Source: Sedimentisphaeraceae bacterium JB056
Lineage (GTDB): Bacteria > Planctomycetota > Phycisphaerae > Sedimentisphaerales > Sedimentisphaeraceae
Length of the DNA: 64,000 nucleotides
Direction of reading: 5' to 3'
Assembly: GCA_044440125.1 (NCBI GenBank)
Contig: JBITAJ010000012.1
Span: 96,001 to 160,000, forward strand
Shown: piece after piece, positions 1 to 9,237 of the stretch
Position numbering within the stretch: position 1 is the first letter of the stretch
Layout: each line of letters starts with the position of its first letter
The notes under the pieces: generated by a model
Databases searched by the model: none
Told to the model about the DNA's origin: nothing
The model's input: only the letters and a program-made list of their open reading frames with translations
Made by a program: the position numbers and the translations under genes

Positions 1-538
1 TGAAGTTTGTCGCGAACGGATGCCCGTGATCGCCGGCATTACAGTCTACGATGTCAACATAATGTATCTCATCGAAATAATGCTTCTGTGCATATGCGCA
101 GAAAACGTTTGTTACGCCCGGATCGAATCCGCTGCCCAGAAGTGCCATTATACCGGCATCTTTGAATCTGTCCTGATACGCCCACTGCCATTTGTACTCG
201 AATTTTGCCTCATCGATAGGTTCGTAGTTGGCGGTGTCGAGATAGTCCACACCACATTCGAGAGCCGCATCCATTATCGGCAGGTCCTGATATGGCAGCG
301 CCACATTCAAGACCAAATCCGGTTTGAAGTCTTTTATCAATGCCGCAACCTGCGATGCATCATCAGCATCGACCTGTGCGGTCTTTATTTCTCTGTCGAG
401 TTCTGCCGCGATTTTGTCGCATTTGCTCTTTGTCCTGCTGGCAAGACAAATCTCCGTAAAAACTTCCGGCAGAGCGGCACATTTCTTGACAACAACGTTG
501 CCCACGCCGCCTGCACCAATAATCAATACTTTGCTCAA
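1..538 (-). CDS. Saccharopine dehydrogenase family protein (carboxynorspermidine dehydrogenase-like), 5' part; runs off window
   Basis: Manual translation from TTG at 538, after GGAG RBS and overlapping the upstream stop: MSKVLIIGAGGVG...NVALPYQDLPIMDA...YLDTANYEP...GSGFDPGVTN. Absent from the ORF track because it is truncated. Confidence 0.85.
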   Translation of the reverse strand, partial: MSKVLIIGAGGVGNVVVKKCAALPEVFTEICLASRTKSKCDKIAAELDREIKTAQVDADDASQVAALIKDFKPDLVLNVALPYQDLPIMDAALECGVDYLDTANYEPIDEAKFEYKWQWAYQDRFKDAGIMALLGSGFDPGVTNVFCAYAQKHYFDEIHYVDIVDCNAGDHGHPFATNF

Positions 539-2268
539 TGTACTTTCTCCTTTATCTGCTTCTCTGTAGCAATTACTTCTGCAATATTCACAAGATGATC
601 CTTGATCTTTCTGTATGATGTCAGAATATCGGTGTATGAGAGGCTCTTGAGCGGACTTATTGAGCCGGTACTTACCCTGTCGAGGTGACGGGTTCTGCAC
701 TGTTTCATAAGACGCGTAATCTTCTCACCTTTTATAACGGCAGCTTCACGAACTGCTTCTCCAACATTCATCTTCTTAATATCCTCACCAAGCATATTGA
801 CCATATCTTTTACCTCTTCGTGAAGAGATACCAGATCATCGAGTCCTTCACCGGATATCTTATCCTGAATATCGCGTATTTTCAAGTTCAATTTCAGGAT
901 GGTGGCCAGATAGTCGCTCACAGATTCCACTTCATCGGCAATCCTGATTTGTCTGTACGCATCAAAAGATATTTCAGGAAGCCCTGAGCTTGACATAAGT
1001 CCTGAGACGTATTCAGTTATTTCTTTCTGCACCAGGTCAAGCTTCTGTTCACTGTTCATTATCTCTTCGCATTCTTCCTGCAGGAATTTCTGTTTCTCTA
1101 TAACTTGCTGCAATTGGTCGAATATCGCTGGAAGCATGAAATACATATTAATAGTTTCACGCATTGATTGCTGAATACTGATTGCCGGTGTTTCGTATAC
1201 GAGCGGATCGAGATGAGTATATTTGATTTCTGTTGTCTTTATGCCCTTATCCGGTGCTATTTTTTCGAGTACCTTTGCAATATATCCTATCATTGGCAGC
1301 AGGATTATAACGTTTACGAGGTTGAATCCTGTATGAACAGCCGCGATGTTGGCTGCCATATGTGGGAAAGTAGCAAGCCCGTCATCGCCAATCACAGAAT
1401 AGCCCGGATCAGAGCTTATGAGCCATACTATTGCTTTTATATAGATACCGAAGATTGCCGTGATCCATAATACGCCGAACACATTGACGAAAATATGGGC
1501 GTAGGATGCACGTTTTGCATTTACCGAAGCTCCAAGTGATGCAAGGTAGGCGGTTATGGTAGTACCGATATTTTCACCGAGGACAAGTGCTGCGGCGGTT
1601 GGGAAATCGATGATTCCTACTGTTGCCAGCGAGATCGTTATACCCAGCGTTGCCGAGGATGACTGTACTATAGCAGTAAGAACAGCACCTACAAGGCAGC
1701 ATTTTATAACGCTGAAATATACTATGTCACCTGCTTCATTACACGGGCTGAACCTGGAGAACCACATTTGGAAGCCTTCCATGCTTCTGAGCGGCTTGAA
1801 ACCATTTTTCATAAGCTCAAGGCCGAAGAAAATCATACCCAGACCCAGAAGAAGCATAAAGGTATATTTGAGCTTGTCTTTACGGCTGAAAAGATAGAAT
1901 AGGGCAGAGACACCGATAATAGGCAGGCCGTATTTACCTACTTTGAGGGCAAGTATCCAGCCGGTAATCGTAGTACCGATATTGGCACCGAGTATCACGC
2001 CGATTGATTGTACCAGCGACATCACGCCGGCGTTGACCATACCTACAGCCATAACAGTTGTGATTGAACTGGACTGGATGAGACAGGTAACCATAACTCC
2101 AACAAGACAGGCGAGTATCCTGTTATTGGTTACTGCGTTTATGAGGCTTCTAAGCCTGTCGCCGGCTACAGCCTGCATACCGTCTGACATGTACCTCATT
2201 CCAAGAAGGAATATACCCAGTCCACCTGCTACTTGAAAAACTATTTCGGTTATAAGTGACGCATTCAT
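535..2268 (-). CDS. Na/Pi cotransporter family protein with C-terminal PhoU-like domain
   Basis: Duplicated QSSS...GANIGTT/GENIGTT motifs, hydrophobic N-half, helical C-terminus. Confidence 0.9.
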   Translation of the reverse strand: MNASLITEIVFQVAGGLGIFLLGMRYMSDGMQAVAGDRLRSLINAVTNNRILACLVGVMVTCLIQSSSITTVMAVGMVNAGVMSLVQSIGVILGANIGTTITGWILALKVGKYGLPIIGVSALFYLFSRKDKLKYTFMLLLGLGMIFFGLELMKNGFKPLRSMEGFQMWFSRFSPCNEAGDIVYFSVIKCCLVGAVLTAIVQSSSATLGITISLATVGIIDFPTAAALVLGENIGTTITAYLASLGASVNAKRASYAHIFVNVFGVLWITAIFGIYIKAIVWLISSDPGYSVIGDDGLATFPHMAANIAAVHTGFNLVNVIILLPMIGYIAKVLEKIAPDKGIKTTEIKYTHLDPLVYETPAISIQQSMRETINMYFMLPAIFDQLQQVIEKQKFLQEECEEIMNSEQKLDLVQKEITEYVSGLMSSSGLPEISFDAYRQIRIADEVESVSDYLATILKLNLKIRDIQDKISGEGLDDLVSLHEEVKDMVNMLGEDIKKMNVGEAVREAAVIKGEKITRLMKQCRTRHLDRVSTGSISPLKSLSYTDILTSYRKIKDHLVNIAEVIATEKQIKEKVH

Positions 2269-2367
2269 GAAATTATAGTTCCTATCTAATTTTGCTTCTG
2301 GTTTTAAACGAACCTATAGCGGGGAATTTTAACAAAATTCTTACAGATTGCTAACAGTTTATTTTAA

Positions 2368-2387
2368 ACCGTCCCCGAAGGGACGGT
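2368..2387 (-). terminator. Hairpin, probable terminator after the aminotransferase
   Basis: ACCGTCCC-TTCG-GGGACGGT on minus strand (C-UUCG-G loop), short T tail. Confidence 0.55.
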
Positions 2388-2402
2388 AAAATTTTAGATA
2401 TT

Positions 2403-3515
2403 TTAAGCCAGCGAGTTGAGTATCTTTAAGCCTTCGGCTATTTTTTCGTCAGTAGTAGCGTAACTTATCCTGAAATGAGTATCTCTTTGGCTGAAAATAC
2501 CGCCGGGGATAATCAAAACGTTGTTCTTTATCGCTCTCTCGACGAATTCAGTGGCGTTTCCTTCAGGCGTTTCAACGAACATGTAGAATGCGCCTTCCGG
2601 TTTTACAATATTGAACTTGTCTTTCAGACCGTTATAAATTGTATCTCTTTTTTTGGCATAAGAGTTTACATAACTGCTCACGTCGCAATCTAGGGCAGCC
2701 AGTGCGGCTTTCTGGAAAGGTGTAGGTGCACATACAAATGTGTACTGCTGGAGCTTTGTCATCTCGTTCAGTAGTGGTGTAAGTGACTTGTTTACAGCGA
2801 CATATGCCATTCTCCATCCTGTCATGGCGTAGCTCTTGCTGAAGCCTTTGAGCAGTACGGTCTTTTCATATATGCTTGCCGGTGACGGGCATTTGTCAAG
2901 ATAGCAGAATTTGTCGTATATCTCATCACTCATTATGATCAGGTCGTGTTTCTTTGCTACCTCAACGGCTTCCTCAACATCTTTCTGGCTGTAAACAAAG
3001 CCTGTCGGGTTAGCAGGTGAGTTCATTATGATGAGCTTTGTCTTATCTGTTACTGCTGCCTCAAGCTTCTCTGCCGAGAGTTTGAAATCTGGGTATGTGT
3101 CCACATAAACACATTTGCCGCCAAGAAGATGTATGACATGTTTGTATATAACGAAATAAGGGTCGGGAATTATGACCTCATCGCCTGGATTGATGAGCGA
3201 CATGAAAACCAGAAGCAGAGCTCCGCTGACGCCGCTTGCAACCATTGTTTGAGGGTCTTCCCAGCCGTATTCCTCTGCGGTTTTTTTTGCAAGTGCTTCT
3301 CTGAGCTCCGGGATACCTGATGTTAGCGAGTATCTGTTGTGTCCTTGTTCAATCGCTTCAATCGCGGCATTCTTTATAACCTGAGGCACGTCAAAATCGG
3401 GCAGCCCGATGGAAAAGTTTACCGGATCTTTCATTGTAGCGGCAAGATCGAATACTTTCCTTATACCGCTCGAATCTATAAGTGATGTTCTGTCTGCTAA
3501 ATAGTTTTTTGCCAT
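2403..3515 (-). CDS. PLP-dependent aminotransferase class I/II (aspartate aminotransferase-like)
   Basis: NSPANPTG, SDEIY and GFSKSYAMTGWR motifs. Confidence 0.92.
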   Translation of the reverse strand: MAKNYLADRTSLIDSSGIRKVFDLAATMKDPVNFSIGLPDFDVPQVIKNAAIEAIEQGHNRYSLTSGIPELREALAKKTAEEYGWEDPQTMVASGVSGALLLVFMSLINPGDEVIIPDPYFVIYKHVIHLLGGKCVYVDTYPDFKLSAEKLEAAVTDKTKLIIMNSPANPTGFVYSQKDVEEAVEVAKKHDLIIMSDEIYDKFCYLDKCPSPASIYEKTVLLKGFSKSYAMTGWRMAYVAVNKSLTPLLNEMTKLQQYTFVCAPTPFQKAALAALDCDVSSYVNSYAKKRDTIYNGLKDKFNIVKPEGAFYMFVETPEGNATEFVERAIKNNVLIIPGGIFSQRDTHFRISYATTDEKIAEGLKILNSLA

Positions 3516-3798
3516 CCCGTTAACCTCTATGCGTAAAAAGTGTGAGTGATCTGTTATATTTGCGATGAAAATCGAATTTCACGCGATATTTAATACGGCT
3601 TAAGCTGTGAGTTGGTAATCGTTGGTATGTATTTGTCTGCGCAGCTAAAATGCCGCCATTTGGGATGGTTAATCACCGAATGAGCGGCATGGAAATTCGA
3701 ACCGCATATATGAAAGAAAAATGGGCATTGATTTCAAGCAAGGTTCAATCAGTCTTATTTTGTTTAATAAGAGCACAATAACCCAGCCAGAATCAAAG

Positions 3799-3990
3799 TT
3801 ATTCTTCTTCTTTCTTCTTTTTCGCGCCTGCAACAGCTTTACGGTTAGAAACCTTAGGCAAGCCGGTTACACCGTTGCTGTCTTCCCATGAACCTTCGTC
3901 CATAAGTTTCAAAATACGCTCATCCCTTGAAAGTACATTTCTGTGCCTGTTAAGGGCATTGTTTACCTTTAATGAACGATCAATTGACAT
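3799..3990 (-). CDS. PVC-superphylum small basic protein
   Basis: MSIDRSLK...RHRNVLSRDERI...GLPKV pattern; AGGAG RBS. Confidence 0.8.
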   Translation of the reverse strand: MSIDRSLKVNNALNRHRNVLSRDERILKLMDEGSWEDSNGVTGLPKVSNRKAVAGAKKKKEEE

Positions 3991-4144
3991 CTTTATTACT
4001 CCTGTTTATCGTTATTTCTTATATTCTGAATATTAATAGTTACATCATAAACGAAAACACGCGGTATTATACCTTTAAAGGTGTTTTCGTCCATGTTTTT
4101 TTTCAAAAACCACCGGTAACACCCGGTTGTTTCATTGTTAAGGA

Positions 4145-4336
4145 TTAATCCTTAAATTTATCAGCCTTGCCGTCACCCTTATGGATGTCGAAGTATATTT
4201 CTTTACGGTGTACACTGACTTCAGAAGGAGCCTTGATTCCAAGACGAACCTTGCCGCCTCTTACATCAACTATCCTTATCTCTACATCGTCACCAATTAT
4301 TATTGATTCCTCTTTTTGTCTGCTTAGTACCAGCAT
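4145..4336 (-). CDS. csrA: Carbon storage regulator CsrA
   Basis: [17 protein letters not shown]...VRLGIKAP...VHRKEIY; start moved to ATG at 4336. Confidence 0.93.
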   Translation of the reverse strand: MLVLSRQKEESIIIGDDVEIRIVDVRGGKVRLGIKAPSEVSVHRKEIYFDIHKGDGKADKFKD

Positions 4337-4490
4337 AAAGATTCCATTCCCGCCGCAATAATAAAAATACACAAAAACTATAAGACAATTATAACACCAA
4401 ACTCATTATTGACAAGAATTAATATTAACCTTGTCTGATTCTAATGTTATGATCGCCGTTACTGTACCTAACTAACCCAAATAAGAGCGA

Positions 4491-5483
4491 TCAGAATTGG
4501 TCGAGGAACCGCATGTCGTTTTCATACAGCAGACGTATATCGTATATGCCGTACTTACGCATTGCGAGCCTCTCAATTCCGAAACCAAAAGCCCATCCGG
4601 TGTATTTTTCGCTGTCGATACCGACAGAATCAAATACGTTCGGGTCGACCATACCGCAGCCACCCATTTCAACCCAGCTTTCACTGCCGTCTTTGCCGGT
4701 AAATAGAAGGTCTATTTCCGCACTTGGCTCTGTGAACGGGAAGAAACTTGGCCTGAAACGCCATTTTGTTCCTTTTCCGAAGAAAGTCTGGATGAACTGA
4801 TCGATTGTTGTTTTCATATCGACCATTGTTACACCTTCATCAACAACGAGTGCTTCGAGCTGATGAAACATGAACATATGCGTTGCGTCGACGGTATCAG
4901 GACGGTAAACCCTTCCCGGAGCCACTACCCTTATAGGCGGCTTGGTATTTTCCATCACGCGTATTTGTATCGTGGATGTCTGGGTTCTAAGCAGGGTGCT
5001 TTGGTCAATGTAGAAGTTATCAAGCGGGTCTCTGGCCGGATGCTCAGGAGGAATGTTGAGTGCAATGAAGTTGTGCCACTCATCCTCTACTTCCGGGCCG
5101 TAAGCTACACCAAAACCCATTCGCCCGAATATCTCCAGTAATTCGTTTGTTGTCTCACTTATTACGTGAGGTTTTCCAACGCTTACCGGGATACCTGGCA
5201 AAGTAACATCCTCTATCGGGCCGGAAGCTTTTTTGCTGTCGGCACCCATAGCCTGCTTAACCTCTTCAAAGGCAGCAGTTACTTCTTTTTTTATCTTGTT
5301 CGCAAGCTGTCCCGCAGCGGCTCTGTCTTCCTTGGCAACTTTGCCAATCTGACTTAACATCTGCGTAACATGGCCTTTGCGACCAAGGTATTTTATCCTG
5401 AACTCCTCCAGAGAGCTTCCGTCAGATATCTGCGAAAGCTTCTGAAGGGCTGATTTTCCGATGTTTTCAAACTCTTTAAGCAT
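4491..5483 (-). CDS. pheS: Phenylalanine--tRNA ligase alpha subunit
   Basis: HPARD, FHQLE, FRPSFFPFTEPSAE, GWAFGFGIERLAM. Confidence 0.97.
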   Translation of the reverse strand: MLKEFENIGKSALQKLSQISDGSSLEEFRIKYLGRKGHVTQMLSQIGKVAKEDRAAAGQLANKIKKEVTAAFEEVKQAMGADSKKASGPIEDVTLPGIPVSVGKPHVISETTNELLEIFGRMGFGVAYGPEVEDEWHNFIALNIPPEHPARDPLDNFYIDQSTLLRTQTSTIQIRVMENTKPPIRVVAPGRVYRPDTVDATHMFMFHQLEALVVDEGVTMVDMKTTIDQFIQTFFGKGTKWRFRPSFFPFTEPSAEIDLLFTGKDGSESWVEMGGCGMVDPNVFDSVGIDSEKYTGWAFGFGIERLAMRKYGIYDIRLLYENDMRFLDQF

Positions 5484-5508
5484 TTTTGATCTGTACCAGA
5501 TTTGCGGC

Positions 5509-5865
5509 TTAGGCTAAAGCTGCCTTTGCCTGCTCAACGATCTGAGTGAATGCTTCTGCATCACATACAGCAATCTCACTGAGCATTTTTCTGTTTAGAT
5601 TGATATTAGCTTTCTTGCAGCCGTTCATGAACTGGCTGTAGTTGATTCCGTTGAGGCTGCATGCAGCGCTTAGACGTGTGATCCAGAGTGCACGGAATTG
5701 TCTTTTACGTTGTTTACGTCCTACTCTTGCGTTGACGCCCGCTCTTACAGCGGCTTCTTTTGCAAGACGAAGCTGGCGACCGGCTGATCCGCGGTGGCCT
5801 TTAACTGCTTTTAACACTCTGTTGCTTGACTGCCTTCTGGCAGCGCCATTCTTTACTCTTGGCAT
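5509..5865 (-). CDS. rplT: 50S ribosomal protein L20
   Basis: MPRVK...RKRQFRALWITR...LNRKMLSEIA. Confidence 0.97.
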   Translation of the reverse strand: MPRVKNGAARRQSSNRVLKAVKGHRGSAGRQLRLAKEAAVRAGVNARVGRKQRKRQFRALWITRLSAACSLNGINYSQFMNGCKKANINLNRKMLSEIAVCDAEAFTQIVEQAKAALA

Positions 5866-5951
5866 ATTCAGCTTTCCTTTCGTTTTATTCCCGCTGGCGG
5901 CAGCTGATTGTGATAGCCATTTGGCGTATCCTAAAGCCGAGAAGCGGAGTT

Positions 5952-6041
5952 TTTTAAGTAATAAGTTTTAAGTAATAAGTTTTAAGTTAGATGTTGGCTT
6001 TGCCGTGTTCTCTGCGAACTACGAACCGCGAACTAATAACT
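5952..6041. repeat. Heptamer-array element in the rpmI-rplT spacer
   Basis: (TTTTAAG TAATAAG)x2.5 on the left and GCGAACT ACGAACC GCGAACT AATAACT on the right; core GTTGGCTTTGCC recurs inverted at 55634-55645. Confidence 0.7.
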
Positions 6042-6048
6042 ATGTTAC

Positions 6049-6258
6049 TTATTTAACCTTTGTAGCAAGGTGAAGAAGCTTACGCACAGTTGGCGCAAAC
6101 TCATCAGAAATCATACCGGGAGCACCGAGATTACGACGACGCTTTGGAGACATCGCACTCATCAGGTGGCTGCCGCCGGCCTTCTTGTTCTTGAGCTTAC
6201 CACTTGCTGTTACCTTGATTCTTTTTGCAAGGCCTTTGTGTGTTTTAAGCTTAGGCAT
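6049..6258 (-). CDS. rpmI: 50S ribosomal protein L35
   Basis: MPKLKTHKGLAKRIKVTASGK; directly upstream of rplT. Confidence 0.95.
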   Translation of the reverse strand: MPKLKTHKGLAKRIKVTASGKLKNKKAGGSHLMSAMSPKRRRNLGAPGMISDEFAPTVRKLLHLATKVK

Positions 6259-6540
6259 TTCGTTTTAACCTTTCAATATGTTATGACGCCGAAAAAACAC
6301 ACCTTTAATAAGGTGTCAATTGTACGTTTTTACCGGTGACTTTATTTAATATTCAAAGTTACAGACTTTGAAAACATCTTTCGAAAATACGATAAAGGCC
6401 GATAGTATAATAGAACAGGCAGCCCTTAGCAAGTTTAAAATGGCTTTTAAACGAGGTTTTTAGCAGGCTGGCTACGTTAAAATAGTTAGCCTAAAGCCCT
6501 CAATATTAACCGCATATCGCTTTGCTGCTATAGTAATTGG

Positions 6541-8661
6541 CTATATTCCCATTTCACTCTTAAATTCTTCAAATTGCTGGAGATACGTCTTGTCGTATTG
6601 CTCAATCTTGATGTTGTCACCTTGGAAATTACCGGTAAAAACATTATTTTCTATCTTAGGAGCAAGGTTTTTATCACTCAAAACAACAGCCCATGCCCCA
6701 TTATCAGTACACCTATTCCCTGATATTTCTATATTTTCATCGCAACTTATTTTTATACCGGCATAACAATTCTCTGTAATGTGATTATCCGAAATTTTGA
6801 TATCTTTGCTGCTTTTTATTATCCTGATTCCAGAAAACATATTCCATTTACAGGTATTTGATTTTACGATAATATTTTTAGCTTCTTGAATAGAAATTCC
6901 ATCATCACGATTTAACAATATTTCATTGTCAGTCAAAACAATACTACTTTTTTCTATAACGATACCGGAGTTTTTATTATCGACCGATTGGTTTTGGGTA
7001 AAGTCTGCCTTTACTTTAAAAAGGGAGAAGCCACTGCTAAAATTACGCAATGCGATATTTTCCTCAATGACTATATTTTTCATGTCGCTTGCTTGAATAC
7101 CATGCATACCGTTGTGCCAGCTTTTATTGCCTGTAATCAAGCCGCTGTTTGCTTCAAACATAACAATGCCAGAATCCTTATTACCAAATGTTATATTGTT
7201 TGATATTCTTGTTTTATCGTTGCATTTGTATGCACTTATGCCAAATCCTTTATTGTTTTTGCTGATATTGTTTATTATATGAACATCGCTATTATTGCAA
7301 TAAATTCCTGAGTCCTTAGAATTCGTAATTACGTTGTTATTAATCAGACCGGAAGAGTTGTTTATAAAAAAAGCAGTCGATGTGCAATTTTCAAAAAGAC
7401 AATCTCTTGCTATAAAATCGGTAGCATCTCTTGCACTAAATCCCTTATTTTCTACAAAAACGCAATTTTCAACGGTGTTAGTTTTTCCTCTATAAAAATA
7501 TAGACCATACTTCGGGAATTTATTAAAAACGCAATTTTTTACTGTGTTTTTGGCTCCAGCTGCGGTAACCATGATATTAGATTTACTATTGCTATTGCAA
7601 AAAGATATTGAATCTAACATGTTGTTATTGGCTAATATTAAATATGATTCCTTTTTGAAGATAAGGAGTGTTTTATCTCTATTTTCACCTATTAGATGCT
7701 TATTATTGCCGATTTGGAGTTGTTCATCAATAATATATTTACCAGATTTGATGAAAATTTTGTTGAACACGCCATCTTTTATGACCTGAATTAATTGCTC
7801 TGTGTTGTTTACTTCAACGCTATAATTTTCAGGATTACCATGATTTTCAAATATATTTATTGTGTTCTCAATTATTCTGATATCAACTGGCTCTATGTCA
7901 ACGCATTTTCTAAAATGAGAAGGTAGCGTACAAGGAGCAGACTTCATATCTTTATATATCGTCCAGGGGCTGTATTTCGACTCCCTAAGGAAATTTAAAG
8001 CGCGATTAAATCTTTTGTCTGTACCATCGCTATTTTCGTAAGACCAGTAATTTCTTCCAACCAAATAGTGATCTGCATATTCATCCCAGCTTTCATATTG
8101 TCTGGTAAGTCGTTTGTATAGGGAAAAACCCTCTATTAATCTAAAACCCTCATTCTTACTTATATAACCTGCGGTATAAGCCCTCCTAACTAATGACACC
8201 GCTCTTGCCAAATCACGAGCAATAAGCTTATCTCCTCTGAATTTTTCCGGATAATTTTTGGCAAGAAATAACCGATAAAGGGCATTTGTATTACCTTTCA
8301 CTTCCTTGAGACTCTTTGCATAATCAGATTTGCTCATCGAATTGATGAAATCAACTTGTTCTCTATAGTCACTTCGGCTACCCTCAAGGACAAGCCAACG
8401 TAAAGTCTCAAGCAAATCATTTCTGTCTTTAATACCCCACCAATCATCAAGCTGTTTTTTTTGATATTCAATTTCAAAAGGATTTTCAATATCACCAACT
8501 TCAAGCCTGCCGAAATAGAATCTGTTTGAATAATCTAGTAAATTTGCAAAACTAAGTAAATACTGCCTTTTTGCCTCCAAGCTGTCTTGCCCTTGAACTT
8601 CAGTCTGTGAAAAGCAAACAACACTAATTGATATAGTTACAAGCAAAATCCTTTTAATCAT
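6541..8661 (-). CDS. Secreted protein: DUF1266-like domain fused to right-handed parallel beta-helix repeats
   Basis: Signal peptide from MIKRILL (GGAG RBS); WWGI...ARDLAR...AYTAGYIS; C-terminal N..N...GI repeats; AT-rich. Confidence 0.65.
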   Translation of the reverse strand: MIKRILLVTISISVVCFSQTEVQGQDSLEAKRQYLLSFANLLDYSNRFYFGRLEVGDIENPFEIEYQKKQLDDWWGIKDRNDLLETLRWLVLEGSRSDYREQVDFINSMSKSDYAKSLKEVKGNTNALYRLFLAKNYPEKFRGDKLIARDLARAVSLVRRAYTAGYISKNEGFRLIEGFSLYKRLTRQYESWDEYADHYLVGRNYWSYENSDGTDKRFNRALNFLRESKYSPWTIYKDMKSAPCTLPSHFRKCVDIEPVDIRIIENTINIFENHGNPENYSVEVNNTEQLIQVIKDGVFNKIFIKSGKYIIDEQLQIGNNKHLIGENRDKTLLIFKKESYLILANNNMLDSISFCNSNSKSNIMVTAAGAKNTVKNCVFNKFPKYGLYFYRGKTNTVENCVFVENKGFSARDATDFIARDCLFENCTSTAFFINNSSGLINNNVITNSKDSGIYCNNSDVHIINNISKNNKGFGISAYKCNDKTRISNNITFGNKDSGIVMFEANSGLITGNKSWHNGMHGIQASDMKNIVIEENIALRNFSSGFSLFKVKADFTQNQSVDNKNSGIVIEKSSIVLTDNEILLNRDDGISIQEAKNIIVKSNTCKWNMFSGIRIIKSSKDIKISDNHITENCYAGIKISCDENIEISGNRCTDNGAWAVVLSDKNLAPKIENNVFTGNFQGDNIKIEQYDKTYLQQFEEFKSEMGI

Positions 8662-8901
8662 CGCGACTCCTTCCAGATTTAAACTATATAAAAGGAAATT
8701 AAAAGGATAAACATACAACATTTAATAAAATTATGCAAGTTTAAAAGAGACCTTTCATCAGTGTCAAAGAACAACACAATCAGCGATTTTACACACTCAG
8801 TGCAAAATAAAGATGAAATTTCGGCAAAAAATACTTGCAGTTGGAAACTTTTGTTGTAAAATACCCGTCCCACTGCAGATATTAATTTATCTGCCTATAA
8901 T

Positions 8902-8975
8902 GGCGACGTAGCTCAGTTGGTTAGAGCATGGGATTCATAAGCCCAGGGTCGGTGGTTCAAATCCACCCGTCGCTA
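8902..8975 (+). tRNA. tRNA-Met (CAT), elongator type (Ile2 not excluded)
   Basis: GGCGACG/CGTCGCT acceptor stem, TAGCTCAGTTGGTTAGAGC D arm, TT-CAT-AA loop, GGTTCAAATCC T arm; CCA not encoded. Confidence 0.9.
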
Positions 8976-8993
8976 TTTTTTGTTTTAAGAGCC

Positions 8994-9066
8994 GCCCCCA
9001 TCGTCTAGCGGCCTAGGACGCCGGGTTCTCATCCCGGTAACAGGGGTTCGAGTCCCCTTGGGGGTA
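8994..9066 (+). tRNA. tRNA-Glu (CTC), copy 1
   Basis: GCCCCCA/TGGGGGT stem, CCGGG-TTCTCAT-CCCGG anticodon arm, GGTTCGAGTCC T arm. Confidence 0.93.
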
Positions 9067-9237
9067 CTGTTTCATCTCTTGCAGCATTCAGCAAATTATT
9101 GTCTTTTTCCTGCATAAAAGTGTGCTTTCCAGATAAGAATCTCTTACGATAGTCAATTATTGACAATCCCTGCCAATCGCCTATAATTCATGAGCAATTA
9201 ATATTAAGAAAAATGGCGGAGCTGCTTAATTAAGGAG

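Noticed and set aside
20..598. 192 aa plus-strand ORF
   Set aside because: Antisense shadow of the saccharopine dehydrogenase-family gene on the minus strand
3650..3690. Imperfect hairpin TGCCGC...GCGGCA as a possible ncRNA or riboswitch
   Set aside because: No recognisable family motif; could be an ordinary terminator or stability hairpin
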